Origin: Candidatus Hermodarchaeota archaeon
Lineage (GTDB): Archaea > Asgardarchaeota > Lokiarchaeia > Sigyniarchaeales > SOKP01
DNA length: 64,000 nucleotides
Reading direction: 5' to 3'
Assembly (NCBI GenBank): GCA_048885535.1
Contig: JBHLLO010000008.1
Span: 1-64,000 of the forward strand
Below, piece after piece: positions 62,371-64,000 of this stretch. The notes beneath the pieces are model-generated. The model did no database searches. It saw only the letters and a list, made by a program, of their open reading frames with translations, and had not been told where the DNA came from. Within the stretch, counting starts at the first letter, position 1, and each line of letters opens with the position of its first letter. The position numbers were made by a program, and so were the translations under genes.

Positions 62371-62673
62371 ATGTCTTCTTTTTTAGAATCTCGAGAATTA
62401 AGAAAAAAATACAAAGAAGTCAGAAACTACGTTAAGGTTGGGCCAATATTTCTAACTAGATATGAAAAAGCTAGAATAGTGGGAGCACGTGCCTTGCAAA
62501 TAAGTTTTGGAGCTCCTATTTTGGTTGAAAAACCAAAAAACTTGATTGATCCAATTAAAATAGCACTTCTAGAATTAAAATCTCAGATTTTACCTTTAAC
62601 AATCCGAAGGGAATTTCCCTCAGGTGAACATCAGGACATTCCAATTAGCAAATTAATTTTAAAAAAAGATTAA
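62371..62673 (+). CDS. rpoK: RNA polymerase subunit K (Rpo6)
   Basis: [25 protein letters not shown]. Confidence 0.95.
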   Translation: MSSFLESRELRKKYKEVRNYVKVGPIFLTRYEKARIVGARALQISFGAPILVEKPKNLIDPIKIALLELKSQILPLTIRREFPSGEHQDIPISKLILKKD

Positions 62674-62685
62674 ACAACTCTTAAA

Positions 62686-63132
62686 TTATTGGGTTTTATA
62701 CTTTCCTCGTTCCGTAAGAAAATAAACTATATTATCGCCTACTTTTTCTGCTTTAATATATCCTTTCGTTATTAAATTATCAAGAATTTTTTCCAATTCC
62801 GCTTTTTTAAAAGGCTCCAGCCCTAAAAGAACTCTACTTTGATTTGCAATTATTGCAATTCGAGACAGAAATAATCTCTTCCCTTGAAAAGTTTCAAGTA
62901 TAGTAAGATCGTTATTACTTAGGCGTTCAAATTGATCATGTTCAATATACTTGTCCTTTAAAGCTTTTGCTAAATCTAAAGTTTCTTGTGTCACTTCTTG
63001 CTTTTTAACTTCTACATGCTTTAATTGAACTAAATCTTTAGCTACAGGTTTCTTCTTTGTTTCAGACATTTGCTCAATATAATTAAGGATTTTTTCTTTT
63101 GATTTATCTGTATCTTCTTTTTTGTTTTCCAT
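62686..63132 (-). CDS. Hypothetical protein with C-terminal winged helix
   Basis: LDNLITKGYIK...YFLTERGK wing motif. Confidence 0.65.
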   Translation of the reverse strand: MENKKEDTDKSKEKILNYIEQMSETKKKPVAKDLVQLKHVEVKKQEVTQETLDLAKALKDKYIEHDQFERLSNNDLTILETFQGKRLFLSRIAIIANQSRVLLGLEPFKKAELEKILDNLITKGYIKAEKVGDNIVYFLTERGKYKTQ

Positions 63133-63175
63133 AAATATACCAAAGCAATTTAAAAATAAAAACTTATATTAATTA

Positions 63176-63742
63176 ATGCAGAAGGTTATTACCCTAAAGA
63201 ATGGAGATAAGACTATTATAAGACATGTTAAAGAATCAGATGTTAATGGCATTTGGAATAACTTTAACGAGGTCGTTGATGAAGGAATTTATATCCCTGT
63301 ATTATTTCCAGTTAAGTCTGAATTCGAAAAGAATTCTTGGTATAATAATATTAAAAAATTAAATGACATCTGTATTGTAGCTGTCAACAAAAGTTTGAAA
63401 TCTCCTAATAATGTTATTGGAATGTGTGAGGTTTCAAGTATAGAGTGGGATGCTGCCTCTCATGTAGGTAGCTTAGGTATAATTGTCCAAAAAATCTATA
63501 GAGATATGGGAATTGGATTCAATTTAATTGATGTAGCGATTCGAGAATCTAAAAGATTAAATCACAAAGAAAAAATAATATTAAGCTGCTTTTCCAATAA
63601 TGAAAGAGCATTATATCTTTATAAGAAATTAGGTTTTCAGATTATAGGAATAAGAAAGAATCAATTTTTCATGGATTCAAAATATTATGATGAAGTTTTA
63701 ATGGATATATGGATTGATGACTATTTAGCGGAGTACAAATAA
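63176..63742 (+). CDS. GNAT family N-acetyltransferase
   Basis: YRDMGIG, NERALYLYKKLGF. Confidence 0.9.
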   Translation: MQKVITLKNGDKTIIRHVKESDVNGIWNNFNEVVDEGIYIPVLFPVKSEFEKNSWYNNIKKLNDICIVAVNKSLKSPNNVIGMCEVSSIEWDAASHVGSLGIIVQKIYRDMGIGFNLIDVAIRESKRLNHKEKIILSCFSNNERALYLYKKLGFQIIGIRKNQFFMDSKYYDEVLMDIWIDDYLAEYK

Positions 63743-63760
63743 TCATTCTATTCTATAATA

Positions 63761-64000
63761 TTATGGAATTCTAGTCTTCTTCTCGTAGCGCATTCTACTT
63801 TCTTGGGATAATGGATTTTCGTTCAGGAAAATAAAGTTCAAGTTTTCTAAATTATGAATATCACTAATACTAAACTCTGAAATGCGATTATTTTCTAAAA
63901 AAAGAATTATTAAACTTTTAAGATTATCCAATCCTTCTAATTTAGTTATAAAGTTTTTGTCTAAAAACAACTCTTGGAGTTTAGAAAGAGTGTTTAATCC
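63761..64000 (-). CDS. Leucine-rich repeat protein, C-terminal part (5' end outside window)
   Basis: Frame open to window edge: GLNTLSKLQELFLDKNFITKLEGLDNLKSLIILFLENNRI..LENLNFIFLNENPL (SDS22-like LRRs). Confidence 0.85.
   Translation of the reverse strand, partial: GLNTLSKLQELFLDKNFITKLEGLDNLKSLIILFLENNRISEFSISDIHNLENLNFIFLNENPLSQESRMRYEKKTRIP

Noticed and set aside
1-64000. CRISPR arrays, IS elements, integrases, rRNA
   Set aside because: No regularly spaced repeats, transposase or integrase motifs, or rRNA-like sequence seen

Overview
AT-rich archaeal chromosomal segment, most consistent with an Asgard archaeon (Lokiarchaeia/Promethearchaeia-like). This rests on archaeal information genes occurring together with profilin-like, Rab-like GTPase, roadblock, longin-like and LRR proteins. 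Most of the window is housekeeping: the proteasome-exosome superoperon, KEOPS/t6A genes, ECF transporter, porGDAB, cdc48, fen, nob1, eIF5A, srp54, purBM, tldD/pmbA, hef, rpoK and sugar-catabolism genes. The main finding is a set of 30-32 nt bulge-helix-bulge (BHB) introns. One sits in the T-loop of tRNA-Val(TAC) and three sit at non-canonical positions of tRNA-Val(CAC). A fifth, 31 nt long and frame-shifting, lies inside a protein-coding gene, the PPi-type phosphofructokinase (16465-16495); its removal restores the conserved GGGDCPGLN motif. This points to tRNA-type (endonuclease/ligase) mRNA splicing of a central-metabolism gene. Secondary observations are probable non-AUG (ATC/ATT) starts, a catalytically dead DapA domain fused to an APH-type kinase, a dehydrogenase-aldolase fusion in a kinase/SCP2 cluster, and a tandem array of membrane-protein paralogs with a duplicated upstream region. 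All calls come from reading the sequence by eye; no database searches or folding programs were run.
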